A DNA stretch of 64,000 nt from Neodothiora populina. Its lineage: Eukaryota. The notes beneath the pieces were generated by a model. That model worked only from the letters and a program-made list of their open reading frames with translations. It was not told the origin of the DNA and made no database searches. The DNA is taken from NCBI RefSeq assembly GCF_041146345.1, contig NW_027191409.1, positions 1,488,001 through 1,552,000 of the forward strand, written 5' to 3'. A program made the position numbers and the translations under genes. Within the stretch, counting starts at the first letter, position 1. Every line of letters begins with the position of its first letter. This document shows positions 11,505 through 24,631 of this stretch, one piece after another.

Positions 11505-13715
11505 GCATCGCGATCGGTGCACGCCGTGACGACGAATGCTTTTAGGAAACAAACATACCACCAATAGAATAGATCAAAGGGGGGAAGGCAAGAGGCCATG
11601 AGCCCGCGCAAGAGCTGACGGGGTACATTGCCTTTTTTTTTCTTGTCTCACCCCGATATTGCCCCCTCTTCTTGTTTGCAGAGACCAGAAAGACGAAAAG
11701 GGGCACTTTGTATATATTGAATTCATCCGCCATCAAATAGGAAGGCAAAAAGACTAGCAAAAAGTAGACATGAATCCCAAAGATTTTCTCTCTCACAAGT
11801 ACATTACAAACACCTTCTCCCCTCTGGAGACAGTCAGCATACCACAATGTCAGATACTTATGCATTCATTCCTGTTACACGATGAGACACACGTCTCGAA
11901 AAGCAAGGTATGTAGCCCGCTTTGGAAGGGGTGCAGAAGAAAGGCTCCACGCAGTGGCGCTGTCCGCGCAGGACTGTTCTGTTTATGCAGCATGGGAGGT
12001 GTTAACTGAACGCAGGAGCGCCTCTGCCGTGTGTGGCTTGCAGCCAGGTCAAGTTTAATTCACCTGTTAGTCGTGCGTTAGATTGACTGACTCTCTGGAC
12101 CAGCGGAGTCAGTTCGTCACGCGCACCATCGGACATTCCTCAATGCATCACGAAGACCTAGTCGAATACCAAAGAGTAACACCATAATCCTGTTATCGAT
12201 CGACTCGAAGCAATTGGCTGGACTTTGTTTCTGTCCGAGTACGTACAATTGTCCACTATGCAGTACCTCGAAAGCCCATTGACTTTAGGGCACGGAAAGC
12301 GTTTGATCTGTCAAACAGCTACGATCGGCAATCTGATCGCAGCTTTGTTTGATGAACCGAGATCTACAAAGCAATATATACGGATTTAGTGTCCGTACTT
12401 GATAGACCGCGCATACTGCATCGTACACAAGTCCCGAAATTCATATCCTATCGTCGACCATCACCTTCAACACCGCATCCGTGTTCCTGCGAGGTCTCTG
12501 TACAACCTGCTGTTTCGAGGTCAAGGAAGAGCGCAGACACGCCGCATTCGGCCACTATCGAAATGTCGAGATGCATTGATGTCGATCTCGGACGTCTACA
12601 CACACTGTATCGTATGAGCGTTGACCCGCTTGATGACAGGCATACTAGTTGCACCTTGACTTTGGACAGGTACTGTACCTGTACTTTGTGCAGGAAGGCC
12701 CTCCGAGCACTTGCATTGCTAGACCAGCAAGCGCAAGCAGCACATGCAGGCTAGGGAATTTTTGTCGGTTCGCGAGAGTGCTAGTGATACCGCCTACCCG
12801 TCCACAATTCGGCTGTCTATCAGCTTCGATATACTGTGTGACATTCACATGTCACATCCGCTGTCTTGAGCAAAGAGAGTAAGAAACATAACTCAGCAAG
12901 TCTTTCAGGATATCCGACGAGTTGTTCTGTTTCTGTTCAGTGCGTATCAACGCGAGGAACGAACATCTGCATGCTATTCTAAAGCTAGACAACGGCGCTG
13001 CTGTCGACACATTGGAGTCTACAGGCCTACTCCCTGTTAGGCGCTTCGTGGAGCCACTTTGCTTTTTCAGTTCCCTTGCGTCTATGTGCGCCCGCCGTGT
13101 ACTAACGATACTGCAAGCTGCTGCAACCATAATCCATAGCCTATAAACTCAACACTGCTTCTCGTCCGTAAAGCTCGGGGGACTGGACTAAACATTGACC
13201 GAGTTGTACTGTAGGTCCATACGTGGCGTCGTGGCAGGCCTTTCTTGCCGCCTCTACTGCATCATGCGGGTATTCCCGTTATGTGGTTTTGGGATCGTCA
13301 ATTGGCCGCATTAGTTCATACGCGACAGGTCCATCACCCGGTTTCGCTTATGTCGTTGATGCTTCTCTAGTCCTGTACAGTACCTTGGGAGGGGAGGCTT
13401 GCCGGAGCTGACGGGACACATGAATAGGTGCAAGCAATGGCTGAACCCTTGGATAAGTTCAGGTAGAGATCCCGATCACATTTTCTTTTCGATTCAACTC
13501 CAGTACACTCGATCAAAAGATATTACGAAAGACGGTGGCGTCAGACATTTGCTGTACTGCCAATAGTCTAAAAAAAAAGAGGCTTGCGCTCATTGCTGAT
13601 CAATGAAAAGAACTACCTTGTGTCTTGTTGCTTGGGCAAGAAATACTGGTTCGCTTATGGTATAGGCTGGGTCTAAAGCTACACAACAAGTCGACTCGAA
13701 GACTGTATCAGGATC

Positions 13716-15813
13716 ATGAGACTCCCTCCCGCCGATGTTCTACTCAGCTGGCCGAAGCCGGACTATGCTCACCCACACACTCAGGGTGAAGCTCTGGTGA
13801 TTACCAATGCCGTCTTTATGGTGTTGATGATTCTGGCAGTCGCCTTACGTTACTACTCTCGGCTAAGCTGTCACAAATGGCTGGGACTAGACGATATCTT
13901 TATTGGTATAGCACTCGTATGTTTTCCTCTTGCTCGAGAATCAAACCCAAACATCGCTCATAATCCAACATAGTTCTTCTCTCTTGGACTTGGCGCAATA
14001 GTGATCCTTGCCAATGTCCAGTACGGCTGGAATCGACACATGTGGGATGTCCCTATCTCGGAGTATACTGGCGCCAACCTGGTCGCTTTCCTTGCGAAAC
14101 TCATCTTCACTCTAGCTGCCACCTTCACTAGGATCTCTTTGATATGCTTCTACTTTCGCTTGGTCCGAGACACTGGACATGCAAACTTCCGCTGGCTTCT
14201 ACGGGCTAGTATGGCGTGGCAAATCGCCGTCTGTATCACTTTTGAATTATTAGTGATTTTCCTCTGCAGGTGAGTCTTGTGCCTACTTCTGTGCCATTGC
14301 AAAAGAGCTCCTGCTGATAGCGTGTGTCTTTTTTCCTCCTTTAGCCCCGTAGACAGTTACTGGGACCTATCCAAACTCTACGGCAGTAAATGTCTCGACG
14401 AAGGCACAGTCGTCCTTGTAGCCGGCATCATTAATTGCATATCCGATCTGCTGGTCACCGTCTTGCCTGTCCCGATTATCATGAGGCTCAACATGCCGCT
14501 CAAGCAACGCATCGGAGTCACGGTGCTGCTTTGCGTTGGGGTCATCGTCACTATCGCGGGTGTGATCCGAACTTACTTCATCTGGAAAGCCTTGGTTGAT
14601 ACGTATGATGAGACGTGGTACTCGTACCCGCTCTGGATATGCGCCGCGATTGAAATCGATCTAGCTGTGGTGAGTGGAATATGTTTTTCTTCCTGTCATT
14701 CTCCTTGTAGTCATCGTCAGCACCAGCATCAGCATTGCCCCATGTTGGACTATGTGCCAATGCTTTGTAGTCATCCTATCTCTCGCATCCAAACTGCGCC
14801 CGTTACTATCACCAGGGATACAGTGATTGAGCAAGAGTCGGAACTTACCCACGTCCCTATGCGCGATACTTATCCCACCTCACCACGAATGCTTCTCGTG
14901 TTTTATAATCTGTTCGCGAGCTCTCTCTGATACTCGGTCGATTTTACCTTCGATTATGTTCCAGGACTAACAAGACATCTTCTCAAATAGCTCTGCGCCT
15001 GTGTACCAGCTCTCAAGCCACTTTGCGGACCATTCGTCCGAACAGTCAGATCTTTGACTCGCAGTATTCGAACCCACTCGCTGTCCAACGCCCAGCCATC
15101 ATCGACCTCTCCATCGTCATCAGCAGCAGGATCACCCTCACACCAGCAACGCAGTCATCAACGCAACCGCCGCAGACTGCGATCCAAATCATCAGGAGCG
15201 ATCCATCTGTCATCGACAGCTTCCACTTCTTCCGCAGCAGGCACAGCAGTCGACAGTCCTTCTCTTCCCTTCTCACACGGTAGTCCTGATATCAAAGAGA
15301 AAGACTCCAAGTCATGGAGCCAACTTCCAGACTCCAGCAACAGGAAATTCAGAAATGGGACGACGTTCAACGCCACAGCGGAGCGGCAGCAAACCCCGGT
15401 ATCTTTCTTCTCATCGACGACGATGAACGAGCACGATGGGAACGATGAAAAGAAACCGTCTGCTGTTAGAGTCTCCACTCTACCGTTCGGCAATGACACA
15501 TTTGAACAGTATCATCAATCTCCACATGTGTTTCACGAACACGCCTCTCACGAGCACACAAACACAACACCAGGGAAACCAGCAACAGGGAGAACTCCAC
15601 CTCTACCAATGCCTTTTTCAGCGGCGTCGAGAACAGTAACGGAGAATAGAAGACCCTCCGGCTCATCTTCTCAACGAGCGATTCTGCACTACAGTTATAA
15701 TAACGGAAATAGTCTCAACATGGATCAATATGATTACGGAAACGAAACGTACAACGAGAACGAGAACGAAAACGAAAATTACAATGAGCAAAACGAATAT
15801 CACGACCAGCAGC

Positions 15814-15844
<31 letters not shown>

Positions 15845-15887
15845 GGGGCAGGAACATCATGAGCGATGCCAAACCCAGCAAACCTGA
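13716..15887 (+). CDS. PTH11-like integral membrane protein (fungal rhodopsin domain, no CFEM)
   Basis: MRLPPADVLLSWPKPDY, LR.YSR...LGLDD, YGWNRHMWDVP, D...LPVP, EIDLAV|LCACVPALKP. Introns 13917-13973, 14270-14344, 14670-14990. The C-terminal frame depends on a G29 run. Confidence 0.88.
15815..15843 (+). repeat. G29 homopolymer (read as poly-Gly)
   Basis: 29 consecutive G bases. Confidence 0.9.
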
Positions 15888-17074
15888 TGAAAAAAAACAT
15901 CAGAGAAAACGACAAAAAGTAAATGGTGAAAAAAATGAAAACGAAGGAGAAAAAAGAGAGATAGAAATCATGCAACACGACCAATTACCATGGCAAGACC
16001 TCCGTTGAGCGTAGAAGGAAAATTAACAAAACGAAGAATACTCACATAGAGACGATCGAGAAAGCAATATATATATATATCTCGATGAAGGAGGAGGAGA
16101 AGGAGGTAAAGCTGGCGGAGCAAGGGGGGGGGGGAGAGATGACCCTGGCGTTGAGCGTAGTCTACTGATTGACTGGTTGACTGGATGATTGACTGGATGA
16201 TTGATCGAAGAGATGAGAATACGTCTGATCCGACTCCTGATATACACACAAGTCTAGCCACTGGAAGACCCACCCATTTCTCTCTCTCTTTCCTGTTTCT
16301 TCCACTTCTTACGCATGCTCATACAGCCTGCCATTTTTCGCGAAGTATATGACATCGATCTCGATCAGGCAGGTAATCATACGAGCCCCGATGTATTGCC
16401 TAGGTGATCGAGTGCCTAGAAGCCTATATTTTGCACGGGTTTCATCGGTTTTCTGCTAGCAGAAAAACTTCTTTTCTACAGTATATCACATAGACTTAAA
16501 TCCCAGCTAAAAGCAGGAGAAATAAGGATTCGTCGCAGAAAATGGATACCGCTAGCTATGCTATTCTAGGCTCTCTGAATCAAGAGAACAAACGCCAGCC
16601 AGCAAGATACGCAATACTGGGAGAACGAAAGGAAAAAGAAAAAGACATAGTGAATGGGTTCTTGTGGAGTGGTGCTAGTGCATTGTTCGTGTTGTTATTT
16701 GATATCTTTTTTTTCATCCTCTTTTTCACGAAATAAAGAAAGAACAAAACTCAATAAGGATAAAAGCCGACGTCAGGTCTTTCCCTGTTCATGGGTTCGT
16801 GTTGTTCATTCTTGGTATTCCACCAAAAAACTGTGATTCTTTCAATGAGGGTGGAAGAAATCCAGCCAGGTAGGCGATCGTTGCGAAGTAATCGAGAAAA
16901 TTGTGGCTTGGTCTCTCTGAAAAACCGTGAAAAAGGAGGTGCCGTTGTAACGTCTTGTTGCTCTGCTCTCCCGCTTTCACAAAACAGGCGAAAAGGTAAA
17001 ATGAGTGTTTCAGTCATTGCTCGTCATCTCCATGGGTCGATATCGAGATTGGTCGATGTACCCTGCTCATGGAT

Positions 17075-18529
17075 TCACTCTTTCGCATCATCGACTTCCT
17101 CGTCCTCGTCATCGTCGGAAAGCGAGAGTTGGAAATCCTTTAGTTCGTCGTCTTCCTCGAATAAATTCGCAGCGGCACCACCATGCGTTTCCGCGTCGAT
17201 CCCGCCGTCGCCGTTCTTCTCTACTACTAGCTGCTCAAAGTCGGGATCATCAGCGATCAGACTCTCGAGCAGATCTCTCTGTCTGATGAACGCGGGCGAG
17301 TGCTCGACTGGACCTGGCGCGGTGGTGATTGAGGCAAGGCTTCTAGCCGGCCTAGTGTGGATTGCGCTGAGGGGCTGTTTGGCAGAAGCTGAGACGGCTC
17401 TGCCTTTGCTGTATCCTAAAGTCGAACGGGACACCACGGTGGCGGCTGCGTGGCGCATTGATGCTGCCGTTGGGGCTGTTGCTGTCGATGCTATTTTGCG
17501 TGATGTCGGCACTGCAGCCGGACCAGGTGTGCGAGATCGGATGGTAGTGTTGGCTGTTGGAGCAGCAAAGCGAGGAACCGATGAGCCTGATGAAGACGAG
17601 GATGCAGGTCTCGAAAGCGCAGCGACTGCATTTCTCGATGCCAGGGTCGAGGGAGCACGCTTGACTGGCTCACGCTTCTTAGCCGTGCCATTTGCGAGTT
17701 TTGTAGCATCTCTGCCTGAGAATCCGAGATCAAAGCCGTTGATAGGGTCGTTCGCTAGAGCTTTACGGACGATCTCTTCGGTACGCTTCGCAGCCATTTC
17801 ACGGTTGTGTTTGATTTCACGTTCCTTTCTAGTCAAGCCATCGCTGCCCACCGGGTTCATGTAGACTTCGCACCAACCCTTGGTCAAATTGTCACCTTTG
17901 AGCATGTCGTAATCCTCTTCGTGGAGATCATCTGGGTAATCGGGCAAGGCTGTTGGAGGTTAGCGGCACACGTGAGACAAAGCAACGAGGAGTCGACATA
18001 CGGATGGACCTAGGGGGCATGTATTCAATATCGGGTTCCTCGGGGGCGTGCTCGACCTTCAAAACATCTTCGTGGTGGATCTTGACTTTGGCTCGGCGAA
18101 GACGCGGGCTCACTGTCTTCTGTGCAGACTCCCTGACCGGTGCGGGGGTTTTGAGGATCCCGCCTTTCGCATTTGTGGTCTTCATGCCCAATGGGGCACG
18201 ATTACGAGGACCTGCGGGTCACATTAGGAAAAGAGAGCTGAGTGATGGACATTGTTTTCTTCCATACCCGCCGGCGTGACGAAGGCATTCCTGTCTAGCT
18301 GAGCATTCTGCTTGCCCTTGGTGAAGAGAGTGTCGCCACCATTCTTCTTTCCGGTCTTGAATCCAGAATTGAAGGCATCGTTCTCGTCACCTAGCTGCTT
18401 TCTGAATGGAGTCTTTGGACCTTTGTTGCCTGGAGTTTTGGTGCCGAGTGGTTGATTCAATGGCTTGGCGGCAGCAGCCCGCTGATGGTCGTAGGTCAAG
18501 TTTTCCTGATCAGTCCTGGAGGCGAACAT
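17075..18529 (-). CDS. Probable securin (Pds1/Cut2-like separase inhibitor)
   Basis: Introns 18267-18212 and 18001-17950 join three ORFs. D-box RAPLGMKTTN, QEN/DEN, several TP sites, PDIEYMPPRSIPLPDYPDD, acidic C-terminus. Confidence 0.7.
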
Positions 18530-19358
18530 GACTGCGTGTGTTTATTGGGTTCATCAAGGACAAAATCACGTATTTTCAGCAAACATTGATCGTCTTTCTA
18601 TGATCATATGAAATAGATGAAATCACGTCGTGTCAATAATGTGTCGGCGTACATGCGTTTGAACGAGCGTCATGGTCATGAAGTCGTGACAGCGGGATTT
18701 GTTTAGACTCGGTAATTGGCCGGTCAACGTTGGCATTTCGGGGAAGGAGCGGTATTGTTACTGAAGGAGCTTGGGAGCTCTGGCAGTTGAACGCAGGACC
18801 CTGATTGTTATTCATGGCTTGTTTGCATCACTTTGTATTTATTGTTCCGTGTTATCCTAAAGGGTCTTTGTGCCCCACTAGCTGACTGAGCTTCAGCCTC
18901 ATTTCGAGATTATGCAGTTGTGCATGCACGGAGGCGGGAGAAGGCTAATACTTGTATGTAAAGTGCAAAAGTAGATGCAGGTAAGATGGAGTAATCTCGC
19001 TGGGGCTTGTGCGGGAGTGGTATAATTGACAGGGTGGCTCAAGTGGTAGGGCAGTAGGGCGGTAGGGCGGTAAGGTACAGTAGTCTGCTCCCACGAATCG
19101 TGAACGTCAATGTTTTGGTTGTGCTTTTGTTGGTGTTGGTCTTGGCAAGAGTCTCCGCGTGGTCTGAACATGGCGGTGCAAATGGATATCACCGACAAAG
19201 TGTCCAGTAGTGACCCTCACTCTTACTCCCCAAATATCACCCCCCTCTTCAACCCCCTTTCTGCTCATTTACAACAACTTTTCCTCAACAAACCAGGCAT
19301 TTCTGCTAGATAAAGACTTGTCTTCCAGTTCACCTGTCCAACTTTCACATTACTCAAA

Positions 19359-20131
19359 ATGGATGCCATTAAGAAGGTACGTTTCTAGAGCTTGTCACAA
19401 TACCCCTCAATAGGCATCAACAATGCCAGCATTTCCGGAGAACACAATCACATACAACTGGCATACTATTCCACTGCCCGTGTAGAATCTCCTTGATTGA
19501 TTGCGGTTCTTTTGAGCTCTGGTTTTCTCGCTTTCCTGATCTTGCCCATTTTCCGTGCCTTCCTGCGATAAGGGGGACTTTCTGCTGACACTGCCCTGAA
19601 AGCGTATGAACGCTCTCCGTCTGGAGGCCGACGAGTCTGCTGCCAAGAACGAGGAGCTCAGCGCAAAGATCAAGAGCCTGGAGCAGGAGAACCTGGCCAA
19701 GGAGCAGGAAATCACTTCTCTGTCACACAAGAACCAGGTACTCGAGGCCGAGCTGGAGAAGCTTGAGTCGGGTCTTAAGGACGCAAAGGCTCTCGCCGAC
19801 GAGAGCTCTCAACACGGCACCCAGAACGAAAGCTTACAGAGGAGGTTGCAGCTTCTCGAAGAGGAAGCCGAGGAGGCCGACAAGAACATGAGAGAGACCA
19901 ACGAGAAGTGCGTTGTTTTTGCTCCGATCAACACGTGTCTCGACCACAAAACTGACCTGACAACACAGGCTTCGTCAAACCGACGTCAAGGCTGGCCACT
20001 ACGAACGCAAGGTGCAAGCACTCGAGACCTCCAGAGATCAATGGGAGCAGAAGTACGAGGAGATGGCCAAGAAGTACGCAGACACCAAGAAGGAGCTCGA
20101 CGACTTCGTCGCCGAGATTGGCAACATTTGA
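19359..20131 (+). CDS. TPM1: Tropomyosin
   Basis: MDAIKK|RMNALRLEAD...RRLQLLEEEAEEADK...K|LRQTDVKAGHYERKV. Introns 19377-19602 and 19908-19968. Confidence 0.96.
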
Positions 20132-20531
20132 GAAGGGTCGTCTACTGCCTTTCCTCGTTCCACATCAGCAACTGCCCAACATGCTCGTGTCAAGTTGAGA
20201 ATGCCCTTGGCCGTGGCCGCGGCAGGCCTGCTTTGCTTAATCATCATCTTCTATCAAACATGATCGGGAGCACACAATCTGAGCGTTTTGGTTTCTTTGG
20301 AGGGTCTCATGATCAGGTCATCATTTTCTCGCAGAGCCAGCCCTTTCACGATACCACAATTGAAGAAGAAAAAGACGAAACAAGAACTAGACTATTTCAA
20401 TCATTTCTCTCCTGCTGTCGTGGATAGATTTTCGAAACCGTGCAACAAGGGGTATCATACTTTGGGGGTGGTCTTCGCCAATAGAGTAGGCAGCCCGTTA
20501 CAGAACCAACATGGGAAGCCAGCGAAGCCCT

Positions 20532-21326
20532 TCACTTTTCTTTCCTTGCCTTTGCTGCAGCGCTGTTCTTTGCGCGCTGTTTGTTCCTTGTCTGCTGCCT
20601 CTCTGCCTTGCTTTCGTATCTGAACTTGGGCTTCTTGACCTTATCCCCAAACTTCTTCTTCGGCTTCTCCTTTGTCCACACTCTCTTCTTTTTCGTCCCG
20701 TCGTCGACCTCTTCTGTCTCCTCGACCACTGCAGTCTCGACGGCCTTGTCCTCTTCGCCGTCATCGCCGTTCCATTTCCGCGGATCGTCGTCCATGGTCT
20801 CAATTGTGACTGTGGTGAATTTGTCTTCGTCGACGTACTCATCGACTCCGTCGGGCTTGACCACGTGTACCTCTGTCTCTTCTGTGATGCCGTCCCATTC
20901 TCCATCTTCGCCGTCTCCTTCTTCTGCGTCCGAATCTTGCATGTCTGGGTTCATGGCTCGCACTTGCGCATTCACTTCCGCGACGTGGGCTTCCAAATCG
21001 CGTTTTCGCTCCTCTCGGATCTAGGATGAAGGGCACAAGTCAGTCTTTCAAGTAATGGGCTAGGTGGAACAATATAAGGATAGATATCTCACCTCTCTCC
21101 TGTGCACAACCCTTTCCTCACGCTCCTTCTTCGCGTTCTCCTCTTGCGCATGCTTGATACGCTGTAGCTTGCGCTTGTGGAATCCGGTGAGGTAGTCCTG
21201 ACGTGCTGCAGGGTCGAATTTGAGTTCTTCTACCGGCTTGGGTCGTCCGCCGCTGCTCTTGCTGTTTTTGCTCTTGAAGTTTCCGCCTTTACCGCCACCC
21301 TTGCGGACTTTGAAGGATGGGGGCAT
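20532..21326 (-). CDS. RRP17: Ribosomal RNA processing protein 17 (Nop25 family)
   Basis: VEELKFDPAARQDYLTGFHKRKLQRIK; EYVDEDKFTTVTIE; KKPKFRYESKAER. Intron 21092-21021. Confidence 0.93.
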
Positions 21327-22433
21327 TGCTGTGGGGGAGGACCTGTGTTCTTTCTTTTCCTCTGGTCGTGTATTGAAGCGTTGCGTATAATGGTTTTGTG
21401 AGACTGGACTCGGAGGAATCTTGTGGTTTTCGCTGTTCTGGCCTCTGTCTGCGACCCAATTCGAACAAGTCCCGCAACCGTGATCCGGAGATGTGTATTA
21501 AATTGTTGTTCTGTGGTGCTGAATACAAAAGGAATATGTCGAGGTAAAGATCCGATGCTCTCCAAAATAATTATTTCGTTTCAAGATGGAGATTTCGGAG
21601 CAAATTGGACCCTCGATTTTGCCGGTTAGGTCTAGCGTCAAGTGACGTTGTTCTTGTGCGAACATGAAGCTGTGCTCTTTGTTCTTTTGCTTTACTACAA
21701 TGAGAGCAGTTTGTGGTATCCTTGAGAATCAAGCATACATTCCGATGCTCGAGGTCCACGAGGACACTGCTATTCCAGTGCAGACTCGAGGTCCTTCTCG
21801 ATAGGATCACTCGGAACAAGATCCAGGTCCACGTCTTTTCACGTCGAGTAGAAAGTATTTTATCGTGTAAGGAGCATGTCTAGTATAGCACATATCGAAC
21901 ATCGAGCTATACCTCAGTGCTTCCACCACGGTCTTTGCTAGTCGCATGAGGGGCTCATGTTTGCAATTCGTCAGGATAGGTGCTGCTAAGCCCTTCACTC
22001 TGCTCATCCACTGTAGATGGCCAGTAACACTTTTCGGACACATCAAAGAAAGGAACGACTGCTGGATATCGTCAAGGTCAAGTCTACAGTGGCAAGATAG
22101 ATGCTGCCAAAGGTGAGGTTCGATAGCTGCATGCACGGACTTTTGCAGTGTGCATTTGGTGCTGGATTACTTCCATTGCCTTGGTCGTGCGAGGAGGTCC
22201 TCATCAACAAGGCAAACGAGGTAAGACGAGAGCAACACAAGCGTCCTGAAACCATTTCCTCCCCAAGTGGTAATCTCTTCTTGTCTGGGCGCCATCCACC
22301 TTGCACTTCCATCGTGAACGCCTTCCTATTTCACTCTTACTCCCCGCAACACATCTGAGACCTTCTACCATAAAACCACACTCGAACGCAAGTGGATGAT
22401 CACCAGTGCTTCGGATACCCCCTGCCGCCTACC

Positions 22434-24631
22434 ATGAAGCATAAGCGTAAGCGCGAGCATGCGCGTTCGCCCCACTGGCATCGATCAGAGATGCCATCCA
22501 GCCTTTCGGTGGAGACCAGAGACACCATGATCGCGAACGGCCTTTTGAAGACGCGGCCAGATCTGGCGCTTGCCCATTATGACAAAGCCGTCAAGAAGAA
22601 CCATCCTGCTGCCTTTATGAATCGCGCCATGTGTCATCTGGTATTGCACAAGCCCGAGCTAGCCGTTTTTGATGCTCAATGCGCCTACGAACTTGGACAG
22701 AAACGCAAAGACGTTGATGTAGAGACGCACCTCATCGAGTATGCTAAAGAGTGCAAGCGAAGGAAGAAGGAACGCAGGGACTGGTGGACCTTGTCAGACC
22801 TCTTATCATTCCCCAAGCCTTCTAGCTCTGTCTCACTCGCACATCTCAAATTGAAGCGTTTCTCGTTCGTTCATGCGAACAAAACACACCCCCGGAAAGA
22901 ACTCGATCTTTTTGACATGCTGCGTGTGAAAGCTCTTTTTCGTCTGGTATATATCATCACCTCGCCTCGATACAATGCAATGCTGACTATTGCTTCAATG
23001 GTCTTGCATTATGGCAATGTGGCGGTGGTGCACAACGCACCGCTCTCGCCGTTCAAGAATGCTCCCGAGAGGACTTCAGAGGGATCATGAGGAGAGAATT
23101 CGAACAATTAGGAGACAGGGTTGTCATGGATCTCCAAGGCCAATTTGACCAAGCACGTGCTGCTACAGGCTGCACAGAAGATCTTAAGCAGCTGATGTCT
23201 ACTCGTTATACATCAATTCCGACTAACACGTACAGTGTTCGCGAGGCTGACAACAAGACACTTCAATCTGCAATCGCCAAGTTGGACTTCTCTGCTATCG
23301 TTACCGTGTGCGATGATTTCGGCAAAGGCAAGCTTTTTTCTTCGCGGGGCGTCTGTCCAGACGACATTCTGTTCACCGATTGTACAACTCTGACCGTATC
23401 CACTACTAGCAGCAATGGCCTTTGCCATATATGTGAAGCATGCTCAGCTTCAATCACTGAAGATCAAGAGGTGCAGGGGCCGCGTGAGGGTGGAAACCCT
23501 GTCCATCGCACTGGTTTAGGTGGACACGTGCAACAGATCGAGCGTACATCAAGCAAGATCGATGGTGAGACAGACATCGATATGGATAGGGAACCTGACT
23601 ATCAAGCACACGAAAACGTACCACCAGCGATCACGTCGAATCCCAGGGAATGTCAGGTCTGTCATGGCCCCGTATATTGGTGCTCACGCAGATGTGAGGT
23701 TCTAGCTATGGCGACCCATCACTCACCCATCTGTGGCTTGGCACTTGATGATTACATTCGACGCGCGGTACCTTCAAGAGAACATCCCTTGGTACCTGAC
23801 CACCCTAGACGCTTGATCATAGCGCTCTTGTTTCTACGAATAGTGAGCTGGACGCATCGCTATAAGAATTGTCCTTTGGAACATCCTGCATTAAGACTAT
23901 TGTCTTCGGCGGTCGAGCACCGTGAGAGCTCATCAGGTATGCCCTGGTCGTACGATACCCATGTATTGTTGCCCCTGCTGGCGTTGCAGACTCTATACGG
24001 GCCCGGGTTGGCTTATTAAGGGGACGGTCAAATCATCAACACAATCATCAACCTAATAGATCGACACGTCCACGTTATGGATAAGCTGCCTTCTTCTTTA
24101 AAGTCGCATCAAGAACGCAAAGGGTCAACCTACATTTCCACAGCCCAGAATGAAGAACAGGGCTGTAAGTCGGCCCAGGGATATCCTCCGGTCGACCCAT
24201 CATACGTGTCACCTAAGATCGCCTATGGTAGACTGTGCCCCATATCTGGCTTGCTTCAATGCGCAACCGAGAGCACTCCGCCCAACGTTGAATTGATAGA
24301 TCTTGGCCGCAACAGGATCATCTGTGTTGCGCTTCCAGTTGAAGGATCTAGCGCAGAAGAAGGGCCACAGTATTCGTCAGTGCCGCCGGACAAGTGCGGT
24401 ATTCGCACAGGGGAACCCCTTATCCTGAAGTCACGAACGGTTCGACTTGCTACCCCTGAAGAAGAATCGAAGTTTCGGAAGGAAGACGACCAGTGCGAAC
24501 CATGTGGGGCGTCAGAAGAGGATGGCTCATTATTTCCAGAGTATTCCGAGATCGACGTCGCGGACTCGATGGAGGTCTCTGCAGCAGTAGATGAAGATGC
24601 CGATATGCGATCCATCTCAATGGAGTTGTGA
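22434..24631 (+). pseudogene. Interrupted TPR + MYND zinc finger + degenerate SET (SMYD-like) gene: pseudogene or recoding-dependent
   Basis: TPR-like AFMNRAMCHLVLHKPELAVFDA and KALFRL|GLALW; MYND-like CEAC...CQVC...WCSRRC...HHSPIC; SET-like remnants. Intron 22947-22999 ends in AT, and there is an in-frame TAA at 24017-24019. Confidence 0.65.

Noticed and set aside
10779..11564. 261-aa minus-strand ORF
   Set aside because: Antisense shadow of the codon-biased IZH3 CDS.
11870..13700. 1.8-kb gap with many short ORFs as a transposon relic
   Set aside because: No terminal repeats, transposase or RT motifs, or AT-rich RIP signature visible.
14670..14990. 321-nt intron as a snoRNA host
   Set aside because: Only an imperfect C-box-like word and no convincing terminal stem; a covariance search would be needed.
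16791..17864. 357-aa plus-strand ORF
   Set aside because: Antisense shadow of the securin last exon; no domain features.
19908..20427. Long non-coiled-coil tail on the tropomyosin track ORF
   Set aside because: Artefact of reading through intron 19908-19968; the spliced gene ends at 20131.
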